Positions 43,662-54,794 of a stretch of DNA of 64,000 nt are shown in pieces. Positions within the stretch are counted from its first letter, which is position 1; every line of letters begins with the position of its first letter. A model generated the notes under the pieces. The model worked only from the letters and a program-made list of their open reading frames with translations. It ran no database searches and was not told where the DNA came from. This DNA comes from Massalongia carnosa. Its lineage: Eukaryota. Location: NCBI GenBank assembly GCA_965645245.1, contig OZ287073.1, positions 2,046,001-2,110,000 on the forward strand. Reading direction: 5' to 3'. Made by a program: the position numbers and the translations under genes.

Positions 43662-46600
43662 CTAGCCTGTTTCTGTCAGGTCTTCTGGTGGTTTCGGCTT
43701 ATGTGGGTGTTCGCGATGATATTGAAGGATTTTATCCTTGGAGTTCTTGAAGTCGGTCCATGATTGCCAGTAAGGGTTCGCATTCCATTCGTCCCAGTTG
43801 CCGACGAAAGTTGCTTTGTACTGCACTCCGAATTTCCTTGTTTCGCGGCAGTCTACTATTTCAAGGACTTCCCACTCTTCGTGAGCCTCCTCTTCGTCGT
43901 TCTCGACAATGGCTATGGGCGGTCCGGGCGGTAAGACTTGACCTGGGAATGGATTGGAAGGTGCTAGATGTAGCTTCCATGGATGAAAGATGGAAGTAAG
44001 ATCAACGTTCTTTAACTGATCCGGGATCTCTAGTTCGTAGGCTTTATTGTCGATAATTCTTATTATCTTCCACGGGCCTGCGTTCTTGAAACTTAACGAT
44101 CTGCTGGGTCTTTCGAAAGCGAAATGTTTGGCGTTAACATAAACCATGTCCCCGACCTTGTATTCGGGATGAGGTTGGCGGCCTTTGTTTGCATGCCTTG
44201 TTTGTTCTTCCTGAGCCCAGGCTAATTGATCTCGAAGCCAGGTTCGCATGGCTTCCTGTCGTTCTATGATCTTGTCAGCGTGCAGTATCTCCGCTCTTCC
44301 TTTTCCTTCATATGTGCCTGGTGGTTCGATGCCACAGCGCGGATGAAAGCCATGATCTGCGAAGAATGGGGTCATTCCCGTAGATACATTTACATGATTG
44401 TTGGCGGCAAACTCTGCGTCCGAGAGATAATCCACCCAGTTGTCTTGTGTGTAACTGACGTACGCTCGGAGGTAGTTCTTCATCACCTTGTTGGCGTTCT
44501 CGGTTTGACCGTCTGTTTCGGGGTGATGTGCGGAAGAGAATTTTATTCTCACCCCGTATCTTTCGCAAACTCTTTTCCATAAGTGAGCGGTTAGTTGACT
44601 ACCGCGATCGTTGACTGTTGATATAGGGAATCCGTAAGAGGAGAATAATCTTCTGGACATCGCGTCCATCAGTTCGTCAGTAGAGAGAGATGTTAGTGGT
44701 TCGTATAATCGTCTTTTCGTTAAACGATCTACTATCACCAATATGTGCTGATAGACTCTGTTCCGTCTTCGGCATTCTGGAAGAAATTCAACGAAGTCCA
44801 ATGATACGTCCATCCATTTTCTATTCGGGATGGGGAGAGGATTCAACAGTCCCTGCTTCTTGTCGTTGTATGCTTTTGATCTACGACATACTGAGCAGTT
44901 CACGGCGTATCTCTTGCAGTGCTCCTTCATGTCGAACCAGAAGTAATTTTCTCTCATTATTTGATACATACTTTTGTATCCCGGATGGCCCTGTAATGGT
45001 GGTTCGTGATGCTTTTGCAGTAAATGCAATTGCAATGACTCGTGATCTGGTACGTATAATCTTCCTTTGACATACAGCTTGTCGTTTTCTAATTTGAGGT
45101 CCCCCATGGCTAGCTTTATCCCTCTTTTTATGAGGTTCAGTGGGAGTTTTCTCAGTTCCTTCTTCTTTGCTGCTATTATGTCTTGAACCGTTTCGTCCTT
45201 TTCGTAAGCCTCTTCTATTAGTTCTTCCAAGGTCTTCGTTATCGAGCTCTCGGTCACGTCGGTCACTGGTGTATGTTCTGCGTTAGGTTCCTCTGATTCT
45301 GTTGCGTCTTCCTCAGTGGCTACGCTTCGATCATCTTGATCGTTATCGTTATCGTCGTCTATCGTGTTTGCGCAGAACACGACCGCTAACGCTTTTCGTA
45401 TATCGTCATCTAGTTGATGCTCCTGCAACAACGTTTGAAATTGATGTTGCTCTCTGATATCTTCGAATCCCTTCGGGAGATCTTGAGAGCGTCGGGTCAG
45501 CGTGTCCGGTTTTTCTCCTTGCTTCCCCGGTCGATACATTATCTTGAAATTAAACTCGGAAAGAAATTCAGCCCATCTGGCTTGTCTTCTGTTTAGCTGC
45601 TTTGTCGTCATAAAATGCTCCAAATTCTTGTGATCGGTGTATACTTTAACGGGTTTGTCAGGAGCAGCACTTGCAACTTCGGGACGCCAGACTTCGAAGC
45701 TCTTTACAATTGCGAGGAGCTCCTTATCGTAAATCATATAGTTACACTCGGCAGGGGTCATCTTTTTGGAGAAATAAGCCACTGGTTTCAGTACTCCGTC
45801 GTGCATTTGAGAGAGTACTCCGGCGCTAACGAAATCTGAAGAGTCAGTCTCGACCCACGTTTCCAGGGCCGGGTCGTAATGTGCTAAAACGGGAGCGGTG
45901 GTGAATGCATTCTTTAAATCTTCGAAGGCTTTCTGACAATCTTCGGACCAAACGAACGAGTTATACTTGGTTCGTTTCTTTCCTGATTTAGTTGTTATTT
46001 GTTCACCCTTCGTTAACTCTGTTAATGGTCTCGTTCGTTGCGAAAACCTCGATATAAATCGTCGATAAAAATTCGCAAAGCCTAAGAATGCTTGCACGTC
46101 TTTGACGGATCCTGGGGTCTCCCATTTTAGAATCGCCTCGATTTTCTCCGGGTCCATTTTTATCCCCTCGGTGGTGACTATCAGTCCAAGATACTTTACC
46201 TTCGTTACGGAGAATTCGCATTTGTCTATATCCACTTGCAGTCCTTTCTCTTTCAATCGAGTTAGGACTATTAACACTTGTTCGGAATGCTCTTCTTCGT
46301 TTTCGCTGTAAATCAAGACATCGTCTAAATACGCCGTGCAGAAAACGTCTAAATATTCTCTGACTGTGTCGTTGATGAAGCTTTGAAAAGTCCCTGGAGC
46401 GTTGCAGAGACCGAATGGCATCACCAGATATTCGAACTGACCATATCTGGTATTGAAAGCTGTGAGCCACTCATGGCCTTCTTTCATTCTCATACGATTG
46501 AACGCGCTAATCACATCCAGTTTCGTGAACTTCTTGGCTTGCGACAGTTTTCCCAATGTCTCATTTATCAACGGTATTGGATACCTGTTCTTGATGGTGA

Positions 46601-47594
46601 TGGAGTTCAAGGCTCTATAATCTACGCAGAATCTTAGGCCACCCCCTGGTTTCCTAACTAGAAGAACGGGGGCTGCTGCGCTTGAAGAGCTAGGACGGAT
46701 GAAACCTTTTTCCAGATGTTCATCGATGTATTTTTTAACTGCTTCCAGTTCTTGTTCTGACATGGGCTTGTAGTTCCTCACGTACGGAGCCTCTTTTCCT
46801 GCTTCGAGGATTATCTGGTGATCCTCCTTTCGATGTTCGGGCAGTTCGTCTGCCTTGTGCTTCATGAAGACATCTATTACGCTGTGATAAGCTGCTGGGA
46901 CTCTCTTCAACAACTCCTCTCGGGTGTATTCCGGTTTTCCCTTCATGAACTTGTCGTAATCTCCCGATGTCACTGCTCCGGTGATAGTTGCGCATAAGGC
47001 CTTCTTTGTTTCTCGAGGAACCCATAGGTAACCCTCGTGATCCTTCTTTCTGACCATTCGAAAGAAGTGTTTTGCGTTGACTGGGAGAACTTCGATATCT
47101 TCTTTAGGCTCGGTCCTATTCTTAACCCTGCCTCCCACAGCGAATTCGGTGCAACTTATCCCTCGTGTAAGACATCCCTTTTCGAGGCAATCAGATGAGT
47201 TGAACTTCATCGTTCTCTCTTTCCAATTGATCATTGGGTTGTGCGTTTGCAGCCATCCATCCCCTAGAATGACTGCGTACGCTTCTAGTTTTGCTAAATA
47301 ACATAAGACTTGCTCTTCGTGATCTCCAATTTTCACGTCGATCAAGGCGGTCTTCGAGAGGAGCTGTACTACCTCTCCATTTCCCAAAGTAAGTTTCACC
47401 TTCTTATCCAGTTTGAAGGTGTTCAATTTGTGTTTACGCACAAAGGATTCGTCAATGAGTTCAGCTTCACTTCCATTATCGATCAGTAAACGGGTTTTAA
47501 TTCCAGCTATGCTAGTTTTAAAAACTAAATGCTTGCCCTCGATTTTCTTTTCAGTATCGCGGACAGCACAAGTAGAGACCCTAATCATCTTCAT
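43662..47594 (-). CDS. pol: Gypsy B Pol (PR, RT, RNase H, integrase, chromodomain); probably entered by -1 frameshift near 47670
   Basis: 1310-aa ORF with LLIDNGSE, YLDD, DKELLAIV, HHEP..GHPG..CSVC, NDRGSQ, GPWKI, EWEVLEIVD; frame is open back to the gag slippery site. Confidence 0.97.
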   Translation of the reverse strand: MKMIRVSTCAVRDTEKKIEGKHLVFKTSIAGIKTRLLIDNGSEAELIDESFVRKHKLNTFKLDKKVKLTLGNGEVVQLLSKTALIDVKIGDHEEQVLCYLAKLEAYAVILGDGWLQTHNPMINWKERTMKFNSSDCLEKGCLTRGISCTEFAVGGRVKNRTEPKEDIEVLPVNAKHFFRMVRKKDHEGYLWVPRETKKALCATITGAVTSGDYDKFMKGKPEYTREELLKRVPAAYHSVIDVFMKHKADELPEHRKEDHQIILEAGKEAPYVRNYKPMSEQELEAVKKYIDEHLEKGFIRPSSSSAAAPVLLVRKPGGGLRFCVDYRALNSITIKNRYPIPLINETLGKLSQAKKFTKLDVISAFNRMRMKEGHEWLTAFNTRYGQFEYLVMPFGLCNAPGTFQSFINDTVREYLDVFCTAYLDDVLIYSENEEEHSEQVLIVLTRLKEKGLQVDIDKCEFSVTKVKYLGLIVTTEGIKMDPEKIEAILKWETPGSVKDVQAFLGFANFYRRFISRFSQRTRPLTELTKGEQITTKSGKKRTKYNSFVWSEDCQKAFEDLKNAFTTAPVLAHYDPALETWVETDSSDFVSAGVLSQMHDGVLKPVAYFSKKMTPAECNYMIYDKELLAIVKSFEVWRPEVASAAPDKPVKVYTDHKNLEHFMTTKQLNRRQARWAEFLSEFNFKIMYRPGKQGEKPDTLTRRSQDLPKGFEDIREQHQFQTLLQEHQLDDDIRKALAVVFCANTIDDDNDNDQDDRSVATEEDATESEEPNAEHTPVTDVTESSITKTLEELIEEAYEKDETVQDIIAAKKKELRKLPLNLIKRGIKLAMGDLKLENDKLYVKGRLYVPDHESLQLHLLQKHHEPPLQGHPGYKSMYQIMRENYFWFDMKEHCKRYAVNCSVCRRSKAYNDKKQGLLNPLPIPNRKWMDVSLDFVEFLPECRRRNRVYQHILVIVDRLTKRRLYEPLTSLSTDELMDAMSRRLFSSYGFPISTVNDRGSQLTAHLWKRVCERYGVRIKFSSAHHPETDGQTENANKVMKNYLRAYVSYTQDNWVDYLSDAEFAANNHVNVSTGMTPFFADHGFHPRCGIEPPGTYEGKGRAEILHADKIIERQEAMRTWLRDQLAWAQEEQTRHANKGRQPHPEYKVGDMVYVNAKHFAFERPSRSLSFKNAGPWKIIRIIDNKAYELEIPDQLKNVDLTSIFHPWKLHLAPSNPFPGQVLPPGPPIAIVENDEEEAHEEWEVLEIVDCRETRKFGVQYKATFVGNWDEWNANPYWQSWTDFKNSKDKILQYHREHPHKPKPPEDLTETG

Positions 47595-47662
47595 TTCAGT
47601 GTCACTGTTCTCACTAACAACCTCCTTATTTGTACGCCCTTGATCGCGATTTTGATCAAGGA

Positions 47663-49309
47663 CTAGACTTTTCCCGTATCAGATTCCGTTCCTGAATCTG
47701 TTTCTACAGTTCCCATGGTGCTCAGATTCTTGTCCTTGTATTGAGGACAGATGGTATCGTGTCCTCGATGTCCCGATCCCCTACATGCCCAGCATCGGCG
47801 TTGGCGGGAGAGGGACTCACGATCGTCATCCTTCAGCTTCTTTGGGTTCGGGTCTGGATCGTACCACGTGCCTACCCAACCGGCCGGCTTGACTATTGTT
47901 GGCGTCAGCTTCGCGTTTGGCCGATCGTCCGATTTTCTGGAGTTGATCTGGTTGGTGGAGGCTGAGACGGACTTTCCACCGGAGGATTGGTTTGAGGACT
48001 GTCCACCGGAGAAGTTGCTTCGTTGGCCGGAGTTCTTCGTTGCAGCTGGTTTATCGGGGCGGGGAAAGTGATGTGCCACATCTTTGCGGCGGTCTTCGAT
48101 TCTTCGTGCTTCGTCAAGTAGAGGGCGGAAATCGGTAAAGACGGAACCCATAAGAGAGCTGGAGATGCTAGGCTTTAACGTCACGAGGAACTTTTCAATT
48201 CGCTCGTCAACGGGAGTTTTGGCTTTCTGCCATAGCTTGAAGATTCGGTGGTAATACTCGCTGACGCTTTCGCCCCCTTTCATGGTGACGGTGAGGAGTT
48301 CTTTCTTGGCGTCGCGGCTCTGGAGGTGGATGCCCATGTAGTGTTCTATCTCTTCGAACAAAGCATCGGCCGATAGTGAGTCTCCCATATCCGCTACCCA
48401 AGAATGCATAGCCCCGAAGATCGGCGCTTCCATTTGAGACAGCGCGTAACCGACCTTTTCACTCTCGTCGGCGTAGAGGGGTGCGTCTGTCTTCAGTTTG
48501 TTGCGGACGGAGTACGCCCAAGGGCTATACTCCTCCGAGTCTTCACCTTTTAGTGGCTTGCTAGGGTTTATACCACGAGGTCGCCAATTCTGAGGATTGT
48601 AGTTAGTGCTTGAGGTAGCAACGGTGTCTTCCCGTTGCTGACGTGGTGTTTCCTGTGTTTCCGCAAACTGGCGGATCAAGGAGTCTCTGTCTTTCTGTAA
48701 TCTCTCTTTTGCTAGAGTCGTTGTCTCCAATTCGATATCTCTATGCGAGAGTTCTTCTTGCGCGAGAAGGGCCTCTCGTTCGGCATCATCCTTTTCTGCG
48801 ATGAGACGTTCATTTACTTGCTTGTAACGTCTGTTGATCTTTTTTGCTTCGGCAAGCTTCTCCTGATCGTTCTGCATAGAGATGTATTTTTCGAATAGGG
48901 TCTTATCGTATTCGAGCGCTCTCGCGAAAAAATCGTACCATCGGGGTCCTTCTTTCTCATCTCGCAAGATGCTCTGCAATTCTTTCAAGTTGTGTGCCAC
49001 GACGAGAGACGGATGCTCCGCTGCATCCTGTTCGTAGTATGGGTGGTTGGAGACGTCTATTGTTTGGAAAATTTCCTTTTCTTTTCCGCGCCCTGCTCTT
49101 GAGGTTTTTTCCCACGTCCCCTCCGTGGTTTCTCTCATTTGCTCGTTCTGCAGTAGCTCGGAGTCTTCGAACGTTCCTGGCATACTGCTATCCGAACGAC
49201 ACGAATGGCGGGAGGCGGAACGAGCGCGGGTGTTAAATGCTGGACCAGTCTGAGCCTCCGTGGGAGGGGCTCCGACTTTTCTTGCTGTCATGGGCGTTTT
49301 TGAGCTCAT
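47663..49309 (-). CDS. gag: Gypsy B Gag
   Basis: 548-aa ORF after the 5' LTR; MKGGESVSEYY capsid-like motif; CWACRGSGHRGHDTIC. Confidence 0.95.
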   Translation of the reverse strand: MSSKTPMTARKVGAPPTEAQTGPAFNTRARSASRHSCRSDSSMPGTFEDSELLQNEQMRETTEGTWEKTSRAGRGKEKEIFQTIDVSNHPYYEQDAAEHPSLVVAHNLKELQSILRDEKEGPRWYDFFARALEYDKTLFEKYISMQNDQEKLAEAKKINRRYKQVNERLIAEKDDAEREALLAQEELSHRDIELETTTLAKERLQKDRDSLIRQFAETQETPRQQREDTVATSSTNYNPQNWRPRGINPSKPLKGEDSEEYSPWAYSVRNKLKTDAPLYADESEKVGYALSQMEAPIFGAMHSWVADMGDSLSADALFEEIEHYMGIHLQSRDAKKELLTVTMKGGESVSEYYHRIFKLWQKAKTPVDERIEKFLVTLKPSISSSLMGSVFTDFRPLLDEARRIEDRRKDVAHHFPRPDKPAATKNSGQRSNFSGGQSSNQSSGGKSVSASTNQINSRKSDDRPNAKLTPTIVKPAGWVGTWYDPDPNPKKLKDDDRESLSRQRRCWACRGSGHRGHDTICPQYKDKNLSTMGTVETDSGTESDTGKV

Positions 49310-49522
49310 GACTGGATACTGGAAGTGGGAAAGCTTGATTCCCTGGCTCTGAAAATTCTGGAAGTTCTGGAATTTGGATCGGTTTGGATTCGCACAAACG
49401 ATCAGTCTGGAAGGTTACTGGAACGGGTCTTCACCCTAACTGGAAGGAAGTTGCTGGAACGGGACCTCGTCCCTACTGGAAGTTCTGGAAGAAAGAATAC
49501 TGATAGGTAGGTAGATAAATTG

Positions 49523-49756
49523 TGTAAGGTAGCTGTCGTCGATTCTTTTCAACCGCTATTAAACTAAAATTTATCTACAAAGAAAGAAAAGAATTATTGT
49601 GCGCGACTCGCTAGAAATATCTGCGTCGAGTGTCGCGCTAGCCTCGCGCGATCCCGTGATCCCTCTTTCTATCTCGGCTGGCGCTAAGCCTAACCGGTTA
49701 CCTCGAACACCTCTAAGGTCAACCTTCTATCTCTATGTCAGGCTAGGACCCTGACA
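49523..49756 (-). repeat. Gypsy B 5' LTR
   Basis: Direct repeat of 43369-43602; followed by TSD CCTAC. Confidence 0.96.
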
Positions 49757-49828
49757 CCTACCCCGGAAATCTGAGATCATCTACTTGGTCTTCTCACTGC
49801 CCCAAACACAAGACAGACCTCGGCCGAC

Positions 49829-50301
49829 ATGGAGTTCGGAAGACCTGAAAGTTTCAGAAGTCATATCAATCAGCCCACCGTTATCATAGATAACGCTGCC
49901 CTCCAAGCTATGATAGCCGCTGCCGTAGCAGATTACTACCGGCAAAACCCACCAGTGCGTGGACCGCCTGGTCCACCTGGTCCCCAAGGCCCCCAGCCAG
50001 AGGTCGATGGACCTGCACCAGGGCAACCAAGGTGGAATACAGCAGACGCAGGTTTCTTTGACCCCATGTACGATGATAAGTCTTCCACTACTGGGAGTTC
50101 CATTGAGCATGTGGGAAAAGACACATAATTTAGGGATGTTCATCTATTCATAGAAAGGGTAAAAGATATTTCCGCCATCAAGGGTGCCCAGTTGATCAGA
50201 GAAAACCTGTTCACATGCCTTAGAGGCGTAGCTCTACAATAGTACACAGCCGAGCTATCTGACGAAGCTAAGCTTTTGGTAAGATATGGTCCTGGGGTTG
50301 A
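49829..50301 (+). pseudogene. Probable retrotransposon gag-like ORF, first part (hosts later insertions)
   Basis: ..WNTADAGFFDPMYDDKS..HVGKDT*FRDVHLFIERVKD..CLRGVALQ*YTAELS..GPGVD; continues inverted at 51795. Confidence 0.6.
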
Positions 50302-50315
50302 TATGACGAAGCGAG

Positions 50316-51183
50316 TGTCACGGAATCGCTTCGCACCCTCCCGCTTGTCCTGATCGGGTTAGTATTTAACAGGGCCCATTGCTGTCATCCATCGTGCTCA
50401 GGCGTTCTTCTGCCGCCCTCAGCGCACTATTAATCTCCTACAATCCGCATCCAATCTCAACGTCTCCACTATCCAGGCTTATGACTGAGAGTGCTTCAGC
50501 ACAGATAAAGGCGGGATAGGTCAAAGCAATCATGTTAAGGAAATTAGTACAGGAACAGAGACGGGGCAAGTCGAGAATAGGAGAGTTGAAAGCCATGGCT
50601 ATAAAGTCTATGTGGTTTCCCAGGTGTTTAGAGCTCTTCATCGGACGTCTTGTGTATTATTCTCAACTTCTAGTTTTAGCATATCTAGGTATCCGTTCTG
50701 CAAGATAGAGTCTTGTATCTCTCTAGCCCTCCCCTGACATTACGTCCGATCTATATTTTTTTGTGTTTTTCAAAGCACTATTCTTCCTTTCTCTTTTTCG
50801 TTTTTTGCCTATAGATAATCAGTCATGTCAAACCAAGATCAAGGACAACCTATGCCCGAGCAGCCCATTGAAAGCACAGATGCACAGCTTGCTTACGTGC
50901 AGGCCAACCCCCTTCCATTCCTTCAAGAAATGGAGAGATTGCAAAACCAAATAGCAAAATTGGAACAAGAAGCCCAAGCACGACAAGCCTCCACCATCGT
51001 TACACCACCTTCCACGTCTTCCCCTTCTTCCTCTCTCAGTCCCGAGTTCCTTACTTCGATCGTGGCCGCCGTAACAGCTGCTATGTCCAAGAACCTCTCC
51101 ACAGACAAACCGGCCAAGTCAGAAAAGCTGCCGGACATTGCCGAATACGACGGCAACATGGACAATCTCGATTCATAGGAAGC
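50316..51183 (+). mobile_element. Gypsy element Y: 5' LTR (50316-50739, 424 bp) and start of gag (50825-51178)
   Basis: TGTCACGG...CCCCTGACA; left TSD GCGAG; KSEKLPDIAEYDG gag-type motif. Confidence 0.85.
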
Positions 51184-51795
51184 TGATGCGTTTGACGCGT
51201 TGGGTGTAGCCGTTATGGCGAGAGGGGTTCGACCGGTGACTTGTAAGGCAGGACCTTGCTGGAACTGCTGATGATTGTTAGGACCATTCCATTGTTTGTA
51301 GGAGGGACTATTCTGCCAGTTGGCGGATCGGGGCTGGTAGTTCCAACTTTCTGATGAACTACTAAAGAAAGGCCTTTATTGACCGATGTTGAACTTACTA
51401 GCTGACTTTTTCATTCGGTTGTTAGGCCAGATGTCGTAAGTACGATCAGGTTTGGAGAATCCAGGCGTCTTCTGCTGGCGAGAGGCTAGTTGCCACCAGA
51501 TGTGTTTATGATCATCTAGGGAGCGAAGGAAAATATCTAGGTCAGTGGCTACGTTAGGTAATAGAAGATCTCTCTGGAATTCCACATCCAAGCCGTTGTA
51601 GATGAGGAAGATGTGATTAGCGGTGGAGCCAAGTTCGGCCGATTTAGCTGCACGAAGCATGGTGGCAGCGTACTCTCTGGGCTCTCGATGTTGACGAGAA
51701 TCTTCCATAGTATACTTACCTTTGATTACAGCCGCCATGGCGACGTTGGGTGCCTCTTTGAACCGCTTGTGAAGCAGGGTTGCCCAATAATCAAC
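51184..51795 (-). pseudogene. Inverted continuation of the gag-like ORF from 49829-50301
   Basis: VDYWATLLHKRFKEAPNVAM..YTMEDSRQHREPREYA..IYNGLDVEFQRDL continues GPGVD across TSD GTTGA. Confidence 0.7.
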
Positions 51796-51951
51796 TGTAA
51801 TGATTCGACCAAGCGTGGTGCGGACGGCACGACCTACAGCGAACATAGCAGGAGTCCCAGTTATAGTAGAATAGAGCTTGGCTGCGGACTAAGTATTGTG
51901 CCTTTTGGTCGGGAAGGACAGGTGGCGCAATGGTAGAAATCTATTCACTAT
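51796..51951 (-). mobile_element. Small solo LTR X (remainder; its first 14 bp are at 50302-50315)
   Basis: Ends ATTACA followed by GTTGA on the minus strand, matching GTTGA at 50297-50301. Confidence 0.7.
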
Positions 51952-51956
51952 CTCGC

Positions 51957-53183
51957 TGTCAGGGGAGGGCTAGAGAGATACAAGACTCTATCTTGCAGAA
52001 CGGATATCTAGATATGCTAAAACTAGAAGTTGAGAATAATACACAAGACGTCCGATGAAGAGCTCTAAACACCTGGGAAACCACATAGACTTTATAGCCA
52101 TGGCTTTCAACTCTCCTATTCTCGACTTGCCCCGTCTCTGTTCCTGTACTAATTTCCTTAACATGATTGCTTTGACCTATCCCGCCTTTATCTGTGCTGA
52201 AGCACTCTCAGTCATAAGCCTGGATAGTGGAGACGTTGAGATTGGATGCGGATTGTAGGAGATTGATAGTGCGCTGAGGGCGGCAGAAGAACGCCTGAGC
52301 ACGATGGATGACAGCAATGGGCCCTGTTAAATACTAACCCGATCAGGACAAGCGGGAGGGTGCGAAGCGATTCCGTGACAGTAGCTCCCCTCTTCAAGAA
52401 CGAGCTCCTGCGAGTTGACTAAATTTCTTGGCAACGACAGCGGGGAGTTGTACATGGGGTGATGTGTTGTCCGGCGGCGGCAGGGTAAGCAGAATGAAAG
52501 TCGTCTAAGGCTTGCTGACAATTAGTTAGGAAGTTGAATGGTTCTCAAGTAGGGGTATGTCCTTCCCAAATGACGAAATACTGCAACAGAGGCGGCTGAT
52601 AACGGCGATCGTATTTTGAGTTCAGAATGCTGTTTACATACCATTCCCGTTGCCCGTCTTCTGCGATAACAGGATCACGCGGTGCTGGGTGTTGACCGGG
52701 CAAAGGGTCGGCAGGGTCGTGTTGCAAGAGATTGACATGGAAAACAGGATGAATCTTGACAGTCTCTGGGAGTTCCAACTGTACGATTAAAGGATTGTTC
52801 GGGAAGACACGATTCACCCGATATGGTCCTATATTTCTGTCGTCCAATTTCACCGTAGGTCTGGCAGTCTGGATATTCTTTGTGTTTAACCAGACCATAT
52901 CTCCGACAGAATAACGAGGGCAGGGACGACAATTTGCGTTAGCGTTGGATTCATATATGGCTTGGGCAATGAGCATTTCGTCACGCAGGTGAGAATCTAA
53001 TTTCTGCATCCTGTCAGCGAATTTATTAGCAGCAATCAGATTTGCCCGGGCCTGGGTCGATATATTTTCCGGTAGAGGTTCTGCAGGTTCAAAGCCCATG
53101 CGGGGGTGTTGCCCTGAATTTGCTAAAAATGGCGATGCAAGAGTGCTAGATGAATCAGTGTTATTGGCAGCGAATTCAGCGCC
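51957..53183 (-). mobile_element. Gypsy element Y: integrase C-terminus/chromodomain, PPT and 3' LTR (51957-52380), inverted relative to its 5' LTR
   Basis: AEFAANN, IGPYRV, IHPVFHVNLL, EWYVNSIL; PPT GAAGAGGGGAG; LTR is the reverse complement of 50316-50739, followed by TSD GCGAG. Confidence 0.9.
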
Positions 53184-54790
53184 ATTGTTACCAGAGACCC
53201 CGGTGGCTCCTTTGCGAATGGTCTGATTTTCGATAATTGAATTTTCGTTCAATTTAACAAAAGGTTTTTGGATTTTTGGACCATTCTGTAGTGGAGTCGT
53301 TTGTTGTTGTGACGTTTTTGAGGAAAGATGACTAGTTTGATCAAGTACTATGCCCATTTTATAGTTAATCATATCTAAGGATGTTTGTAAATTGATTGAT
53401 TTTTTCGAAATCAACGAATTAACGTTGTCAATTACGATAGCCCGTTTGTGGATTTTGGTCCAGTACAAATGATTGCAATAATGCTTTTTTGGCCGACTTT
53501 AGAAGCTCAATTGAATTTGCCCGATTGATCGCTTCTTGGCTATCTCTCGAATGTTCGTCAAATGTGCGTCTTTTATTTCGTTTGATTGGTGGGCTTGATC
53601 CAATGTTTAAGTTCAATGAAGGCATCGGCAAGATAGTGGAAAATGGACCCGATGGGAATTTCGTTTCCTTTGGTGTCGGTGTTGACGGGGCTGATGCATA
53701 TTCGCGAGTTTGATCCATAGGTTCAAGACGGGGAGAGCTCCCTATCAACGCCACCGGAGATGGTCCCGGGGAGTGTCGGGGGGGGGCCGGGTAAGGGGTC
53801 GATAGGGGGGCGGGACCGGCTGGGGGTGGTGTCCTTGGTATATTCCGGCGGTTCATTACCGCGTTAAACATGGATTTATAAATAAATCGATGTTGCCTTT
53901 GCTATATCCCCTTTATCGCCACCAAATAATTTATTCTGACGTTCCCCGGACGTAATAGTCAGAATAGAGAGTTTTTACACCGATTTACTGGTCTAAAGAC
54001 TCTTGCTTTCCAAACCCTATTTATTTGACAATAACAAGTCAAATAAATCCTAGTCGAGTTAAAATAGACCGTTCCTCGCTTAGGCAATAGATCTTATTTA
54101 ACTCTTTACCTCGACACTACGATATATGGAATATAATAAGAATTTTACGATCGAACAGAAAAATTTTTTTATTTTTAAAAAATGTTTTTGATCCAGAAAT
54201 AAAAATCAAGTACAATGAGAGAGAGGAGACTTCCTATTCTGGTTAGCCTGAAACAGGGCCTTTGGTTTAACCCTATTTCAGACGTTTTTCCCCTTCGTTT
54301 CAGCAGATTGTTGGTCGGCAGTTCAACGAAAATCGAAAAAACCCAAAATGGAATAGTGTATACGGTACCGGTAACCTTAAATTTCAAATGAACACCAAGA
54401 AGTTTTGTTGTCTCGAGAACAGGTTGTACAGTTACGCGACAGTGATGATATTTTGTAGATAATTTTTGTGATAATAGATGAGATCTATGCGACAATTAAA
54501 CCGAAGAAATATCGAAAATCGAGCGATTTTTGACGTTGTTGTTGGTGTTTTTGTGTTTTGTAGATTTTTCGGACGCGCTTTTTGGTTAAGGGGCGGACAG
54601 ACCGCGAGGAAAACTCTGCAGGAGCAGTGGAAGAGCTCTCCTGTACCCAAATCTGATGGGTTTAAGCTTCTGGTAGGCTCAAATGAATGAGAAGAATGAA
54701 GAGAATAAGTTGGGAAAGTTTCAGTATATCAAAATATAGGGTACCGATATTTTGGGGGTTGGCTTATTGCTGCTGGCGTTTGACGAATGC
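53184..54790 (-). mobile_element. 5' fragment of the AT-rich LINE: long leader plus ORF1 N-terminus (ATG 53871, +1 frameshift ~53443)
   Basis: 53184-53697 is nearly identical to 63489-64000; 53966-54775 is an inverted copy of 57552-58347. Confidence 0.88.
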
Positions 54791-54794
54791 TTCA

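Larger units (their letters stand above)
43369..49756 (-). mobile_element. Full-length intact Ty3/gypsy chromovirus (copy B, same family as copy A)
   Basis: 234-bp LTRs 43369-43602 and 49523-49756 with no difference seen; TSD CCTAC; PPT; open gag and pol. Confidence 0.98.

Noticed and set aside
49950..50000. Collagen-like GPPGPPGPQGPQ
   Set aside because: Only four triplets, inside a stop-containing gag-like ORF.
52545..53468. 307-aa ORF as a genuine host gene
   Set aside because: It is a junction product of LINE ORF1 and gypsy integrase, with an out-of-frame start.
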